Under the pieces are notes generated by a model that was not told the DNA's origin, searched no databases, and worked only from the letters and a program-made list of their open reading frames with translations. A DNA stretch of 64,000 nt, from the NCBI GenBank assembly GCA_964234715.1, contig OZ174282.1; one strand, written 5' to 3'. This DNA comes from Podarcis melisellensis. Its lineage: Eukaryota. The position numbers and the translations under genes are program-made. Positions 38,749-51,842 of the stretch are shown here, piece by piece (the stretch's first letter is position 1; the number at the start of each line of letters is the position of its first letter).

Positions 38749-38838
38749 TCTTCCTTCCTTCCTTCCTTCCTTCCTTCCTTCCTTCCTTCCTTCCTTCCTT
38801 CCTTCCTTCCTTCCTTCCTTCCTTCCTTCCTTCCTTCT
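38749..38838. repeat. (CTTC)n microsatellite
   Basis: Directly visible. Confidence 0.98.
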
Positions 38839-39295
38839 TAGCATCCAGCTGTATGATCAAGCTGTGTCAATGTGACTAGAGATTTTCAAGTAACTTAGTC
38901 ATCATCCCTACAGATGTTGGATCCACTACGTCCTCTTAACAGCAGAGAAAAATGCAGCTCCACACCATACATTTAAAGCCCCTCTGATGCACATTTAAAG
39001 CGGATGACTTTCCCCATAGAATCCTGGAACCACAGTTTGTTAAGGATGCTGACAGCTGTCATTCTGTGAGGGGAAACTATGGTTCCCAGGACTCTTGGGG
39101 GGGGGAGCCATGTGCTTTAAATATACGTTGGAGGGGCTTTCAGTGTGTGATGCTCAGCTTTAGTGCATCTAACTCTGAACCTGCCAATAGGATTAAGTGA
39201 AGTGTTAAGTCTTATTAAACCTAATAAGTGTTACTTACAATAAGGCAGGTATTGGATCTGACTGTGTATTAACTGATTAGATTTGCCCTGTATAA

Positions 39296-39912
39296 TGTTG
39301 TGAGTTTCGGGGGTTAGTCTTCATGATGCCTGTGTTCAGTGATATCTTTCTAGGAAAAGAGGTACCAGAACTTACCATCAACGCTTTCCTTGTTGCCTTT
39401 ATAATGGCAATTGTGAGCCCCAGAGAGGTGCCAGAACTGAGTTCCAGTGAGTTCCGGCTGGGAAAAGCCCTGCCTGTGTCCCATCTGATTCCTGGCATCC
39501 TGGATCCAGCAAGGGTTAAAACTGAATGGTATATTTCATTGAACTAGTCAGGCAAGTTGCTTTGTGAGATAGTCGCCACCTAACTACCACCAAGCATAGT
39601 TGTTAGTATAACAAAGGAGGTTGCTGTGTGCCAGAGGGCAAATGGGTAGGTCCTCTCCTTCACCTGGCTGATGGTGAGAAAGACTAAAGCAAGAGAGAGC
39701 TGGGATAGCAACAAGCAGAAGCCAGTTCCTTTTGATTTCTGTCTGGTTCCAGGACTGCGACTATGGGAGAACTTCTGGGGTGTTAATGCTGTGAGCCCAT
39801 CCACGGTAGGCTCAGGTCATATATATGTGAAAATACACCATATATCATAAGACACCACAGTCTCTGCTGTCCATCAATCTGAGGAACTTGGACATTGTGG
39901 TGGGGTGGAACA
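39296..39912 (+). mobile_element. Solo LTR (Gypsy-like) containing a hAT MITE
   Basis: tgtt...aaca termini with 4-bp TSD ataa. Confidence 0.6.
39337..39472. mobile_element. hAT MITE
   Basis: cagtg...gccctg termini, repeated gaggtgccagaact, 8-bp TSD cctgtgtt/cctgtgtc. Confidence 0.8.
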
Positions 39913-40207
39913 ATAATAATACTGCAATCCTAGGCACATTCACATGAAAGTAATATGCCACTCAACACAAGAGGACTCGTGTGTAAATATTCATGGCTAT
40001 GTATATTTGTCCACTGCATGGACATATAGAATGCCCGGCTGCTTCTGGATCAGACTATCTAGCCCAGAACCCTGTTTCCAACCATGGTCAACTGGGTGCA
40101 CCTCTGAAGCCCATAAGGAAGCCATGGAGGCAATGGGTTGTTCTGTGTCCATCACCTGCCTTTCTGCAGAGGCAACAACAGTGATGTCCAAACAACACAA
40201 ATGAATA

Positions 40208-40457
40208 CAGTCGTACCTTGGTTTTCAAACAGCTTAGCTCTTGAATGTTTTGGCTTCTGAACGCCGCAAACCAGGAAGTGACTGTTCCGGTTTGCAAACT
40301 GTTTTTGGAAGCTGAACATCCGATGTTGCTTCCATGGCTTCCTATTGGCTGCAGGAGCTTCCTGCAGCCAATCGGAAGCCGTCTTTTGGTTTCTGGACAT
40401 TTTGGAAGTCAAACGGACTTCCAGAACAGATTCCGTTCGACTTCCAAGATATGAGTG
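40208..40457. mobile_element. Tc1/mariner MITE, family C
   Basis: TA|cagtcgtaccttgg...ccaagatatgagtg|TA. Confidence 0.85.
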
Positions 40458-41934
40458 TATATTAAATCAGCAACAGTCCTCCTAGGAAAAACATGAGCAC
40501 TAACACAGCACTGAGCAAATTAAAACCACATAAACCCTACCGTAAATGCCTGTTGAAATACAGAAAGTTTCCTGCCTAAAATAGGGAAGAAGGAGGGGCC
40601 CATTGGGTTTCTCCAGAGAAGGAGTTCCCCCTCTGGGGCTCAGATTTTCACATGTCTGCTTTATTCCACAGTCTGGATTGTGCAGGTTCCTCTCCCTGAC
40701 CTGCCACCAGCTTTGCCTTGAGCTGCCAGGCCTTCACCCTGGCCCAACGCATGCACAGGGGTGCTCCTTGGGCCTTAACCCAGAGGAGTAGAATGGAACA
40801 AACATGCAGCTTTTAATATTTCCCTGGGGGACTTGAGATAGTCACCAGAGGAGGCCCAAACTCAAGGTCTTCCCAGGAATCAGAGTGTTGGTGAAACCTC
40901 TCACTGCTTGTCAGGGCTGGTGATTCACGAGTCAACCCTTGATTTTGAATCCCATATTCCTTTTGCTTTGTCATCTTAAACCATCCAAGACCTCTTTCGC
41001 TTGCTTGCTTGCTTGCTTGCTTGCTCAATCACTTTCATCTTTGCTCTGCTTCCTCTTAGGCAGAGGACGAGAGTGAGGGTTGCAAGCTGCACCCAGTCTC
41101 TGCCTGTCACATGCAAAATGGAAAAGTATTGGGTAGCCAGTTTCCTCTCTTGACAAAGCCAGCTTATGACAAGACTTGAGGATTCCTGCAACTGATCCAC
41201 TCTAGTGGGTTCCACAGGCTCAAGATTCTTCCCAAGACAGAAAAATTAACCCCTTGCTTGCTTGCAGTCTAAATGCAAATAGGACATCTTTACCTGTTTC
41301 TCAGATTAAGCAAGCAACAACCCTGCAGATTGTAATGGAAACAACAACTAGGGTAGAAAATCAGTGGCAGCCTGGATTGAACCAAGCTGATTACAGTGTA
41401 GATGTCCCATTTCTCTCCCCTGGGGACTAAGGGCAGGCAGGCGACCCATCAGGGCTGATCATCACCATACATTTAAAGTACATTCAACACCCATTCAAAA
41501 TGCATGGCTTCTCCCAAAGAATCCTGGGACCTGTAGTTTGTTAAGGCTGCTGAGAATTGTAGCTCTGTGAGGGTGAAACTACATTTCTCAGGAGTCTTTG
41601 GGAGAAGTCATGTGTTTTAAATGTTTGGTGCTCTGCATCTCAAAATCTCATTTTTACATGTGATTCTTTCCGAAGATTTTCATTTCCTGCTCTTGGTTGC
41701 CAACTGGCTGGGCCCTGAGGCTGGTCTCAAAGACAGAAGGCAGGACTGGCAAATGCTGCCAGCCATTATTAAAGTGCTTGGCTATAATTCTGTTCCTTCT
41801 CTTGGATCTGACCAATGAAATTTGTCAGGTGAAATTGTACCTGGCCAGGGAAAGTGGGGGAGTTCAGTTCTCCAGGAACTTAACTGGCCTTTTTCTCATC
41901 GTTCTGAACACACAAATTTCTATTTAGCATATGG

Positions 41935-41944
41935 CTATATATAT

Positions 41945-41975
<31 letters not shown>
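41935..41975. repeat. (TA)n microsatellite
   Basis: Directly visible. Confidence 0.95.
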
Positions 41976-42849
41976 GTTGTGTTCTTCACAACTCCCTCTT
42001 AAGGAAGGTCACTCCTCTCATTCCTATGGAGGCTGAGAGGAAATGGCTTGACGACAGCAGCCAGAACAGTTTTAGATATTCTTAGATTGCGAAGCACAGA
42101 ATGGAAGGGAAGTCATCTGTGCATCTGCAACATCTGTCTCAAATGGACACACATCCACCTGCCTGTGAAGGGATTGTGACTGCTGTTTGCAAATCAGTTG
42201 GGAGCTGGTTTGAGGGAAAATGCATCAAACAGCAGTATTTATCAAGGAACTACAGGATGGATATGGATATATGGCTAACACCAGCAGTGGTAGTGCACAG
42301 GAGCCAGAACAAACAGTAATATGCACACCACGATGAGACTTACCACCACATCAGCATGCTTAGGAGTGTGCTGTGAATCTCAGACATGCAGAAGGCTGAT
42401 TGTGGAGGGGGAAACTGTTTGTCCATGCTCAAGGACACCTTCAGTATGACTTCCAGGCGGTTCTCCTGAGGGGGGCGGGGCATGGAGGGTGCCCTCCCAG
42501 CTGTGGGATAGTCGCTCGGGTGTACAGAGCGGAACGCGTGCCCTGTAGCCAGGGGTGGAGCTAGCTGCCAATGGTGGACATTCAGTGCACCGCCCGCCCG
42601 CAACTCAAAATGAAGGGGGAAGCGGCACAGCTGCCCCCCTTCCCCCCGACGGCTCGGCGTAGGCTTGGAAGTTGTGGGCAGGTAGCACGTCAAATGTCAC
42701 CCCCCTCAGCTAAGACACCCTGGGCAGTCCGTGCCCAACACACACCCCTTCCTCCGCCCCTTGTTCCAGGGAGCAATGCAGGTGAAATTCAGCCCTAGCC
42801 CTATCTGACTCACACTTCCAAAACCAATACTAACTGTCCATTGGAATTA

Positions 42850-43074
42850 CAGTGGTACCTCGGGTTACAAACGCTTCAGGTTACAAACTCCGCTAACCCG
42901 GAAGTAGTACCTCGGGTTGCAAACTTTGCCCCAGGATGAGAATGGAAATCACACACCGCTGGCGTTGCAGCAGAGGGAGGCCCCATTAGCAAAAGCATGC
43001 CTCAGGTTAAGAATGGTTTCGGGTTGAGAACGGACCTATGGAATGAAATAAGTTTGTAACCCGAGGTACCACTG
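42850..43074 (-). mobile_element. Tc1/mariner MITE, family A
   Basis: Perfect 23-bp terminal inverted repeat cagtggtacctcgggttacaaac and TA TSD. Confidence 0.93.
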
Positions 43075-44602
43075 TAAAACATCCCCAAATTTGACAATGC
43101 AGTTGTCCAACAACAACAAAATCTTCAAGATTGCATGACTAAGCAGAAGTGCACAGCAAAATGTATCTGTTAATGGAAAGAACATACAAAGAGGCATTAT
43201 ATAAGGGGAAACAACTTACAAACATGTCAATATTAGGAGAAATGCTGAGGGATTTTCATGATGACTTTATTTATTTATTTTTAAAAATGCAAACTTTAGC
43301 AAAAATGTGGCAAACTGAATTTAAGATTGGAAAAAAAATGTAAAACTGAAGGAAACCAAGGCTAGTATGTTTGTCCATCCTCGTCACAGCTCTGGGGAGC
43401 TCCGTCGCAAGCTAAGCCCTGGAAAATGCAACAGTTCAGGATCTGAACTTGCTGGGCACATAAGATGCGACTGCTGAATCAGGCCAACAGCTCATCTGGT
43501 CCAACCTCCTTTTCTCACAGCAGTTAACCAGATGCCCCGGTGGAAAAACCGCAAGCAGGATTCAACCACAAGAGCCCTCTCCTCTCCTGTGGTTTCCAGC
43601 AATTGGTGTTCAGAAGTAATGCTGCCCCAGACCCAGGAGGCAGAGCGTAGCCATCGTGGAAGCCCTTAGGAAGTCACTGGAACCCATTTTGCACAAAGCA
43701 ACCCAAGCCATGTGTTCTGAGGGATGCAGGAAGCGGTCTCCTCCTCCCCTTTCTGCTCCACTTCCAGACAACTGAGCAGCACCACTGACCTGGAGGTAGC
43801 TCGGTTTCCTTTCCATCGCAGGGAGGCAGTTTTCACCTACGGAGCAAACTTCTGGCCCCTTCTTCTATCTCCTTCCCTTTAAAGAAAATAAAAAGCAGCA
43901 GTGACATTTGCCTCAGCTCCTCCTCCCTGCCCATGATCCTCCTGTCACACGGAGAAGTGGGACAAGACCCAAACTGTCAAGTCATTAGTCACCTCAGTGG
44001 AGAAGCTATTTGTATCAGGCGGGCCTCCTGCAGAGCCAGCAGCAGGTTCAAAGCAGGCAGAGCCGTGCGCTGCTAAGCACTCCCCTCTGGTTCAAGCAGA
44101 TGCTTCACGAGGCCCACCACACAACGCAGAGCATTTCAGGCCCAATGCACACAGAAAACCAGATGCACGGGGGAGCCTGTCATTTAGAGAAGGTGGTGGG
44201 ATCATCAGAACAGCTGGGTTCCCCTGCATTAAACACAGAATTGGGGAGCTTAACCTTTCCTAATTTGATGTAAGAATGGGACATTGCCAACTTAAATAAA
44301 TAGGCTCTGATATAAATTGTATGCTGTCTGATCTTGATGTAAACCAATGTAAAATAATAAACATGTTTTCAAAAATAAATAGATAGATAAATTATAAATA
44401 AACCACTCTCCACAAAGTGCAGGGAAATGGAATTTTGCCAACTTTGATAAACAACAACTCTGAAGATCCATACTTCACTAACCACTGTTTTTCCCCTCAT
44501 TTCCTGCCTTGGGCCAGTTGCCAGCTCTCTCCAACCTACCTAACATGGCTGTTGTGAATATGTAGGTTATAAAATGCTTGCAAAAGGGTACCTAGTGTGT
44601 GT

Positions 44603-44853
44603 AGAACCAGTGTGGTGTAGTGGTTAAGAGCGGTAGTCTCGTAATCTGGTGAACCGGGTTCGCATCTCCGCTCCTCCACATGCAGCTGCTGGGTGACCTT
44701 GGGCCAGTCACACTTCTTTGAAGTCTCTCAGCCCCACTCACCTCACAGAGTGTTTGTTGTGGGGGAGCAAGCGAAAGGAGAATGTTAGCCTCTTTGAGAC
44801 TCCTTCAGGTAGTGATAAAGCAGGATATCAAATCCAAACTCCTCTTCTCTTCT
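44603..44853 (+). mobile_element. MIR-like (Squam3-type) SINE, young subfamily
   Basis: A box tggtgtagtgg, B box ggttcgcatc; matches 36199-36447. Confidence 0.88.
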
Positions 44854-45985
44854 TAGTTCCTTTAAACTGAGTGATGTGTCTTTAAATCGTAAAAGGCCAT
44901 GTTTTTCTGTGTATGCATACCGCTACAAATTAGCACACCTCCAGGGTTCCAACCAATCTTAATCTGGCCTGATTGTTACCTGTTTTAGATCCATAAATCC
45001 CGGGAGGGGGGAATAGAACCTGCTCCCACTTTCCAGTGGAAATAAACATCCCCAGTCAACAGAAAATTCAAAACCCACATTTAGCACTGGGCATTTTGAA
45101 GTAGTCAGATTTTCTTGGTCTCTCACACATGGCGGCTACTGACAAAGAGAGCAGATTCCACCAGCACCTCCTTTCCTCAGCGAACAAGAAAATGTGTCCA
45201 GTGAACTGCAGAACATGAGCAGGCAGGATTCATTGCTCATGTCCACCAGCAGCTGTGCATTCAGAATTGTAGGCCCAGTTTTATGGAACACCCTTCCGGG
45301 GGCCCAGACAGGCTCCCTCCCTGCTGAACGTCTAGCACCAACTGGAGATGCTTTTATTCCAGCAGGCACTGCAATTGAATTCTGATTTGATAGTTTTAAC
45401 TGATTTTCATTTTTATTGTATCGAGTTATTTGTAAACCACTTAGAGATGATTATAATTAAGCGGTACATAAATTGTCACTAAAAAATAAATAACATGCTT
45501 TGTTGCTTCTATTTTTATGGCACTTAAATGGGAAAGTGTTTTAGCATAAATTTTATTTTATTTTTTAAAGACCTGCTGCTTTCCAATCAGCACAATTTAG
45601 CACGGGGAGAAATTAGGGATTTATAAAAGTCTTTAAAATAACCATTTTATTTTTTAAGTCAGCTCTAGTGTGTGCTATCCCTTTCCTGCTTTAGCAACCT
45701 TGACATACCCACTTTGCATGAAGACAGTGCAGTTAGACCAGGATCACTGTAATATGCTCAAACCATCTTGCCCCAGTGAGCAACCTGGCTGCCAAATTCT
45801 CACCCGCTGAAGTTTCCAAACCAACCTCAGGGGCAACTCTACATATAGAACATTGCAGTAATCTAATCTAGAAGTTACCAGAGCATAGAGAACAGAACTT
45901 AGGCTATCCCTGTCCAGATAGAGGCACAGCTGGGCCACCAGCCAAAGCTGATGGAAGCCACTCCATGCTACTGAGGCCACCCGAG

Positions 45986-47063
45986 GAGACCCTCCAGTTG
46001 TCCCTATTTTCAAAGGACAGTTCCAGATTTACAGAAGCCGCCCCTGTTTCTGATTTGATCTCAGAATGTCCCACTTTTTCTTAGGACATCCCTATTTTCA
46101 TCAGAGAAATGTTGGAGGGTATGGAGCTATGCGCAAAAATGTATAAGACGTGTAATAAGTGTTGGAAATGTAAAGAAAAAGAAGGAACATTTTATCACAT
46201 GTGGTGGGAGTGTAAGAAAGTGAAGGAATTCTGGGAGATGATATACAATGAAATGAAAAAGATGTTAAAATATACATTTGTAAAGAAACCTGAGATTTTT
46301 CTTTTAGGGTTTACAGGAAAGGAAATAAGAAGAAAGGACTGTAAACTCTTCCAGTATGCAGTTACGGCAGCAAGAATTCTACTGGCCCAGAAATGGAAAC
46401 AAGAGGAAATACTGACGGTAGAAGAATGGAGACTGAAGCTGACAGACTATGCAGAACTGGACAGACTAATTGGGAAAATTAGATATCTTCGAGACCAAAA
46501 GTTCATCGAGGGCTGGGGGAAATTTATCGAATATCTGAAAAGAACATGTGATGTGCAAACAACGCTAGTGGGGTTTCAAGAAGCACTGTGAATGTTGAGA
46601 TATATTGTTAAAAAGAAATAGAAGTGGGAGGGAAGTTTAATGGCAATATAAACAGAAGAAATGCGTAACTGAGAGGTATATATGGATGATTGTCAGAGAA
46701 GCTGAAGGAAGTCCAAATAGAACTACCGGTAAATTTGTGGAAATTTCGATATGATTGTTTACTTGTGTTGGAAAACTAATAAAAATTATTTTTTTAAAAA
46801 AGGAGGGTATGGACCTATGCAACCCCTTAGCCAAGGAGATAAGTAAGTAACCTTTAGAAGACATCTGTAGGCAGCCCTGTATAGGGAAGGGTCTTTAAAA
46901 ATGTTTAATGTTTTAATATGTTTTTATATCTGTTGGAAGCTGCCTAAGAGTGGCTGGGGCAACCCAGTCGGATGAACAGGGTATAAATAATATAATCATT
47001 ATTACTATTATCATTATGGAATAGGATGTCCCTATTTTCTTCTGACAAATGTTGGAGGGTATG
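45986..47063. mobile_element. Composite MITE carrying an L2 3' tail
   Basis: Termini gagaccctcca/ttggagggtatg, an internal duplicate of the right end near 46085-46123, an L2 tail at about 46850-47015, and flanks cccgag/cctgag. Confidence 0.7.
46133..46801 (+). mobile_element. L1-clade LINE 3' end with open ORF2 C-terminus
   Basis: CWKCKEKEGTFYHMWWEC (CCHC) through the stop at 46591; 19-bp TSD (18/19) at 46114-46132 and 46802-46820. Confidence 0.93.
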
Positions 47064-49879
47064 CCTGAGCCTCAAGCAACAGCAAAAGGATCCTGGAGTA
47101 CCCCCAAGCTACATGCTTGCTCCTTCAGAGGGAGGGTAACCCCATCAAGAGCAGGCAACCTCCCATCCATTTGGTCTAGGGAACTGCCCACTAACAGGGC
47201 ATCAGTCCTCTGGATTGAGCTTCAGTTTCTTGGCTCTCATCCAGTCCATTATTGTCTCACTCTCCTGGAGAGATGAAAGGCCAGGCTTGGATTTTTGGAT
47301 CTCCAGCTTAGTTAGCCGGAATAGGAACTCTTCACTATCGAATATGCATTCCCTATAATAAGCGTATAATAAGCATGCTGTATCTCAGAAGTATCCAATA
47401 AATAATTCCAAGACATAGCAGGCTATACCCAAACAAACACAGAAAAAGTGCAATACCCTGCAAAGTGTGGCAAGTCAACTGCCCTTCCTCGTGGAGCTCA
47501 CAGTGGAGGAGCAAGGGTTGTGTAACACTAGGAGGCACCAGTCCCGAAGGACCCTATCTGCAAAGCAGCTATTTGCATCTTCTGTCTCAAGCATGCTGTT
47601 ATCTTGAGCAAAGAACATATCTGTACCAAGTTCAGGGATGCTGGCCCACCCCAGGAAGATGCAACCAGGCTATGGACTGAGCGCAGGCCACCCAGGGTGC
47701 CTCCTCCCACTGAGCAAGGAGGACAGTGGCTGTCACACCAGGACAGATGAAGCGGACGGCACCCAGCTGACACCATCATGCAAATAGCAGCAACGCAGCG
47801 ATAACAAGGGATGGAGCAGCATTAAAAATGCAGATGGGAACAGATGGCCCTGTGGAATGATGGACGGGGTGTTGAGAAGAGATGACAAAATCCAGAGAAG
47901 AAGTTTGGTCTTTTTTTTCCTTTCTGGCTCTGCTGACAAGGAAAACCCACCAGAACTTTGGAACCCTAAGCTGGGCTCTGCATGTCATTTGTCAGGGAGG
48001 GTCGGTGTGTGGATGACACAGATTTGGCCAGGGGTTCAAGGGCAGATCCACACCATACATTTAAAGCACCTTCAACCCACATTTAAAGCACATGGCTTCC
48101 CCTAAAGAATACTTGGGGGTGTAGCTTCACCCGCACCAAGCTACATTTCCTAGCATCATGGGGGAAAAACCTCAGTTCCCAGGATTCTCTGGGGAAAGTT
48201 CTCGCCTAGTTGTAGCTCTTGCAACCTGCTCATTCTTTGACATGCTTGTGAGGACACTTAAGTGGCCAGCTAAGGTCGTTGTATTACAAAGTAACTTGTC
48301 TGACTAGTTCCACACACTCCTCTTGTCAGATTCTAACTTTCTTGGGTACAGGACCTCAAGAACTGGAAGGGGCTGCAGGCACCATGCAGAGTCACCAGCC
48401 AAACTCACAACAACAATGATTTTCTCTGAACCTGTGAATCCAAAGCAATGGCTACATGTGCAGCAATGCAAGAGATGCAGCAAATGATTAGATAGCTCAG
48501 GGCTCAATCCACCCCATAATGTTTTGCAAGTGGGAGAGTTGCAACTGTCCAGGGACGTCCTCTACATTGGGGCATCTGCAAGAACACTGCTGGACAGCTG
48601 TGCCACTGAGCTGGCTCTAAGGACAGAGGCCACAAACTACAGCACAAGAAGTGAGGAGCAAGTCCTTCCAGCTCTGAAATCCTTGAATTCGGTGAGAAAG
48701 GAAGAAAGAAAAGCCTTAACTGCCTCTTCCCTCTCCAGATTTTTTATTGTGACATCTAATATATTGCAATGGTTCCTCCCATCGCCTCCAGATTATACAG
48801 GTTGTAGTAAACAACTCCCACGTCTACGTGGCTTGCTAAACTTTTTGGTCCATGGAAACTGAAGTTGCTTGTAAACCCAGAGGCCAGTGAAATTATCTCT
48901 AAACAAACCTTAAATCACAGCCCCCAAGAAACAGCTTGCAAAAGTGCAGCCACTGGGTTTTACAACTCAGAAGTAAATCACCTTTAAGACAGTAGCAACT
49001 TCTCCCCATAGCTGGCCCCAGGTAAGTCATCGTCATAACTGTCTAGGTACACACATGCACACACAGGGATCTCAGAAACAAAAGATATATAATGGTGCCT
49101 GCTCTGAGCGCTTTCCATTCTGCAGTGGCTAGAATTGCACACGCTTTTCTTCAAGAGACTCAAGGACAGCCTCTCTTCATATGAGGCAACCTGGACCCTG
49201 CAATCAACATCTGAGGCCCTTCTTTGTGTGCCCTCTCCACAAATGGCCCAGAGGCTTTTCATTCTGATTTTCTGCCAGGCACCAAAGAGTCTTGGGACAG
49301 CCCAAAATGTCACTTTCAATGTGAAAATGGGGGCAAGTGTGAAATAAATAAAGTATTCGATATAAGTGACCAACTTTCACAAATGCATGCATGTCTAGGG
49401 TAAACAGATCCAGTATCTAAAAATATAGGACATTTGATCTGCATATTGTGCCAATGTTTTTGCATATATTTTCGTGTTGTCAGTATGGCATATGTTCAGG
49501 CTGTTCTCTCTGAATAGTTTTCACATTTTTAACTGCAATATGCTAATGTGTAAGAATGAAGGCACAAAGAATCCTGTACACTGAAGTCTCAGGAGGACCT
49601 GCATCTGGACACAACACAGAAGCGGAGGCAGCCCTCATTTGCATTCCCAAGCCAAGCCCAGAGGAGAGTTGTAAATCCGCAGCTAAACTTCACTCTGCCT
49701 TGACACAAATCAAAGTTGGTGGCTTGTCACAGGCACTGTTTATCTCCTGCCCCTCCACTGCAGTTGCAGTACTCAGGGCAGCTGAAAACCATTTGAAAAT
49801 AAATAAATAAATTGTGTTAAATAAAAAACAATGAATCAACCATCATAATCCACAAAAATAAAACAGTTGCAGAAACAGG

Positions 49880-50215
49880 GCAGCAGCAATAACCAGCCTA
49901 GTTACACCAGGACCAGACCATGTCATTAGCAAGGAGCCAAATTTATTTGCCGTCTGAAGACAATCCCTGCCTATGGATCTGGTCATAAGCAGAAGGATAC
50001 AGGTATCAACAAGGATGTCCCACATGACCTTAAGGTGCTACTGTGCAATGCCAGGTCAAGGATTCATAAGACCGCTGCCATCCATGACTTGATCGTGGGT
50101 GGAGGTACTGACCTGGCATGTGTATTAGAGACTTGGTTGGACATGGCAGCTGGGCCTGATCTTGCGACTGCTTGTCCTCCTTGAGTCCCAATCGGGGGAA
50201 GGGGGGATATAAATA
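49880..50215 (+). mobile_element. L2 derivative: AP-endonuclease N-terminus joined to a 3' tail
   Basis: LKVLLCNARSRIHKTAAIHDLIVGGGTDLACVLETWL, then gagtcccaatcgggggaaggggggatataaataa. Confidence 0.75.
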
Positions 50216-50331
50216 AGGAGGAGGTGGTGGTGGAAGACTGGACATCATCTAAGCACTGCATAAGGTTTGTGTAAGCAAATCAGGAGGGATGTTGTCTGGA
50301 GGAGTCATGAGATTGATTGATCAGACCATGC

Positions 50332-50332
<1 letters not shown>

Positions 50333-50380
<48 letters not shown>

Positions 50381-50404
50381 GTGGTGGTGGTGGTAGTGGT
50401 GGTG
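50333..50404. repeat. Compound (CTG)15(GTG)~9 repeat
   Basis: Directly visible. Confidence 0.97.
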
Positions 50405-51842
50405 AGGCTCCTGGAAGCATGTAAAGGATTGCTGTTTGTTTCCCTGGGTTTGAGGTCCCCCTCCCCACACTAAACATCAGTTTCAAATTGTTCCCACAAT
50501 GGCAGAGCACTCCTACTGCCAATGGTCCTCCAGCAGAAGCAGGAAGCTGTTCTAGGCATTGCCAACCCCCATGCATGCCCCTCCACCAAGACTACCACAC
50601 ATCTCCCACAGCTCACAAGATGGCTCACTGGTGCCCAACTTCCTCAACCACTGCACACCTGACGGTCACTGTGGTATTACTGGAAGTGAACACTGGAGGA
50701 AGACCTCTGTGTTCTAAATTGGCTCCTTGCTACTGGGATCCAAGAATGAATCCAGGTCCCTCTTCCAAATTCATTCTCTTGCAGGAATAGCTTTGCTGCC
50801 TTCTTCACAGCTCTTGGTGTGGGGCGGGAGGAGGCATCCTGTTTTCTGCCATCTTCATGCAGATCCTACAACCGGTGTTTTCCGTGCAAAGTCACCCGGG
50901 CCTCCCTCTTCCTCACACCCTGTCTTCTGCAGCATCTCTCCTCTTGACAAAAGAGGCCCTGCTATGATTGGCAGAGGACTACAGCACCCAGATCATGGCA
51001 AATGAAGCGCTTTCAACACAAGCAAGTGGCTTTGTTTCAGCCTGCCAAATGCCATTAATCCAAGAAGAGGAGAGGAGAAAAAAATGACAAGAATATTTAG
51101 CACCGGGACAATGTTTCATTGTGTTTGTACACTGTTCAACAAAACCTAGCAAGCTGTAATCTCTCCTGGTTCCTATTCAACAGCTCCCCAGCCATCAGGT
51201 TGCTGCACTCTCTGAGCAGCCTCATTAATAATCTTGCCTCAGGCAGGGCCTCTCGGTTGCAATGTGATTTACCAGAGGAGGACTTCAGGCTTTGCTCAGG
51301 CGCATGACGCACAAGCTCAGGGCCATAAAGCAGCCAGTGGGATTCCAGTGGCAGAGGCTCCTGGCTGGAGCAAACCCAGATCATCTCCCACACAAGCCCA
51401 GTGAGACCAAAGCAATACCTGTAGCCCATCCCTCACCTATGATGTATAAGTTTCCATTTGCCCTTATCACTCCATGCAGAAAATTTACCCTGCATGGAGA
51501 GTGAATTCTCACTTCCCATTCGAAGAGGATATTTTGAGAAATTCACAGCGGATGTTTTTTCTGGGAGAGGCTCTGAGTTTGCAGTTTATTTCAGCTGTAA
51601 GGCAATAGGGCACATCCTGACAGACTGGTGCCACCTACGTACCATGTGCCTAACTGGGGCAACGGGTCTCCAGCACCAGTTAGCAGCACTCACAGGTACT
51701 TGGTGAGGCAGAGAAGCAAAGTATGGTTTTTATGTTAGCAAAGCCGGATACTGATTTTAGAAACAATGAAGTTGGTTGTTCCCAAGCCATTTGTCAGGGC
51801 ACACTAGTGTGCCGTAAGAGAACTGCCATTCCAAATAAACTA

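Larger units (their letters stand above)
45740..47270 (-). mobile_element. Old L2 reverse transcriptase-region fragment, split by a MITE
   Basis: YLDRDSLSSVLYALVTSRLDYCNVLYVELP; L2 resumes at 47064. Confidence 0.8.

Noticed and set aside
50280-50576. Poly-Pro/poly-Ala ORF resembling a transcription factor
   Set aside because: Explained by the triplet microsatellite; the flanks are not protein-like.
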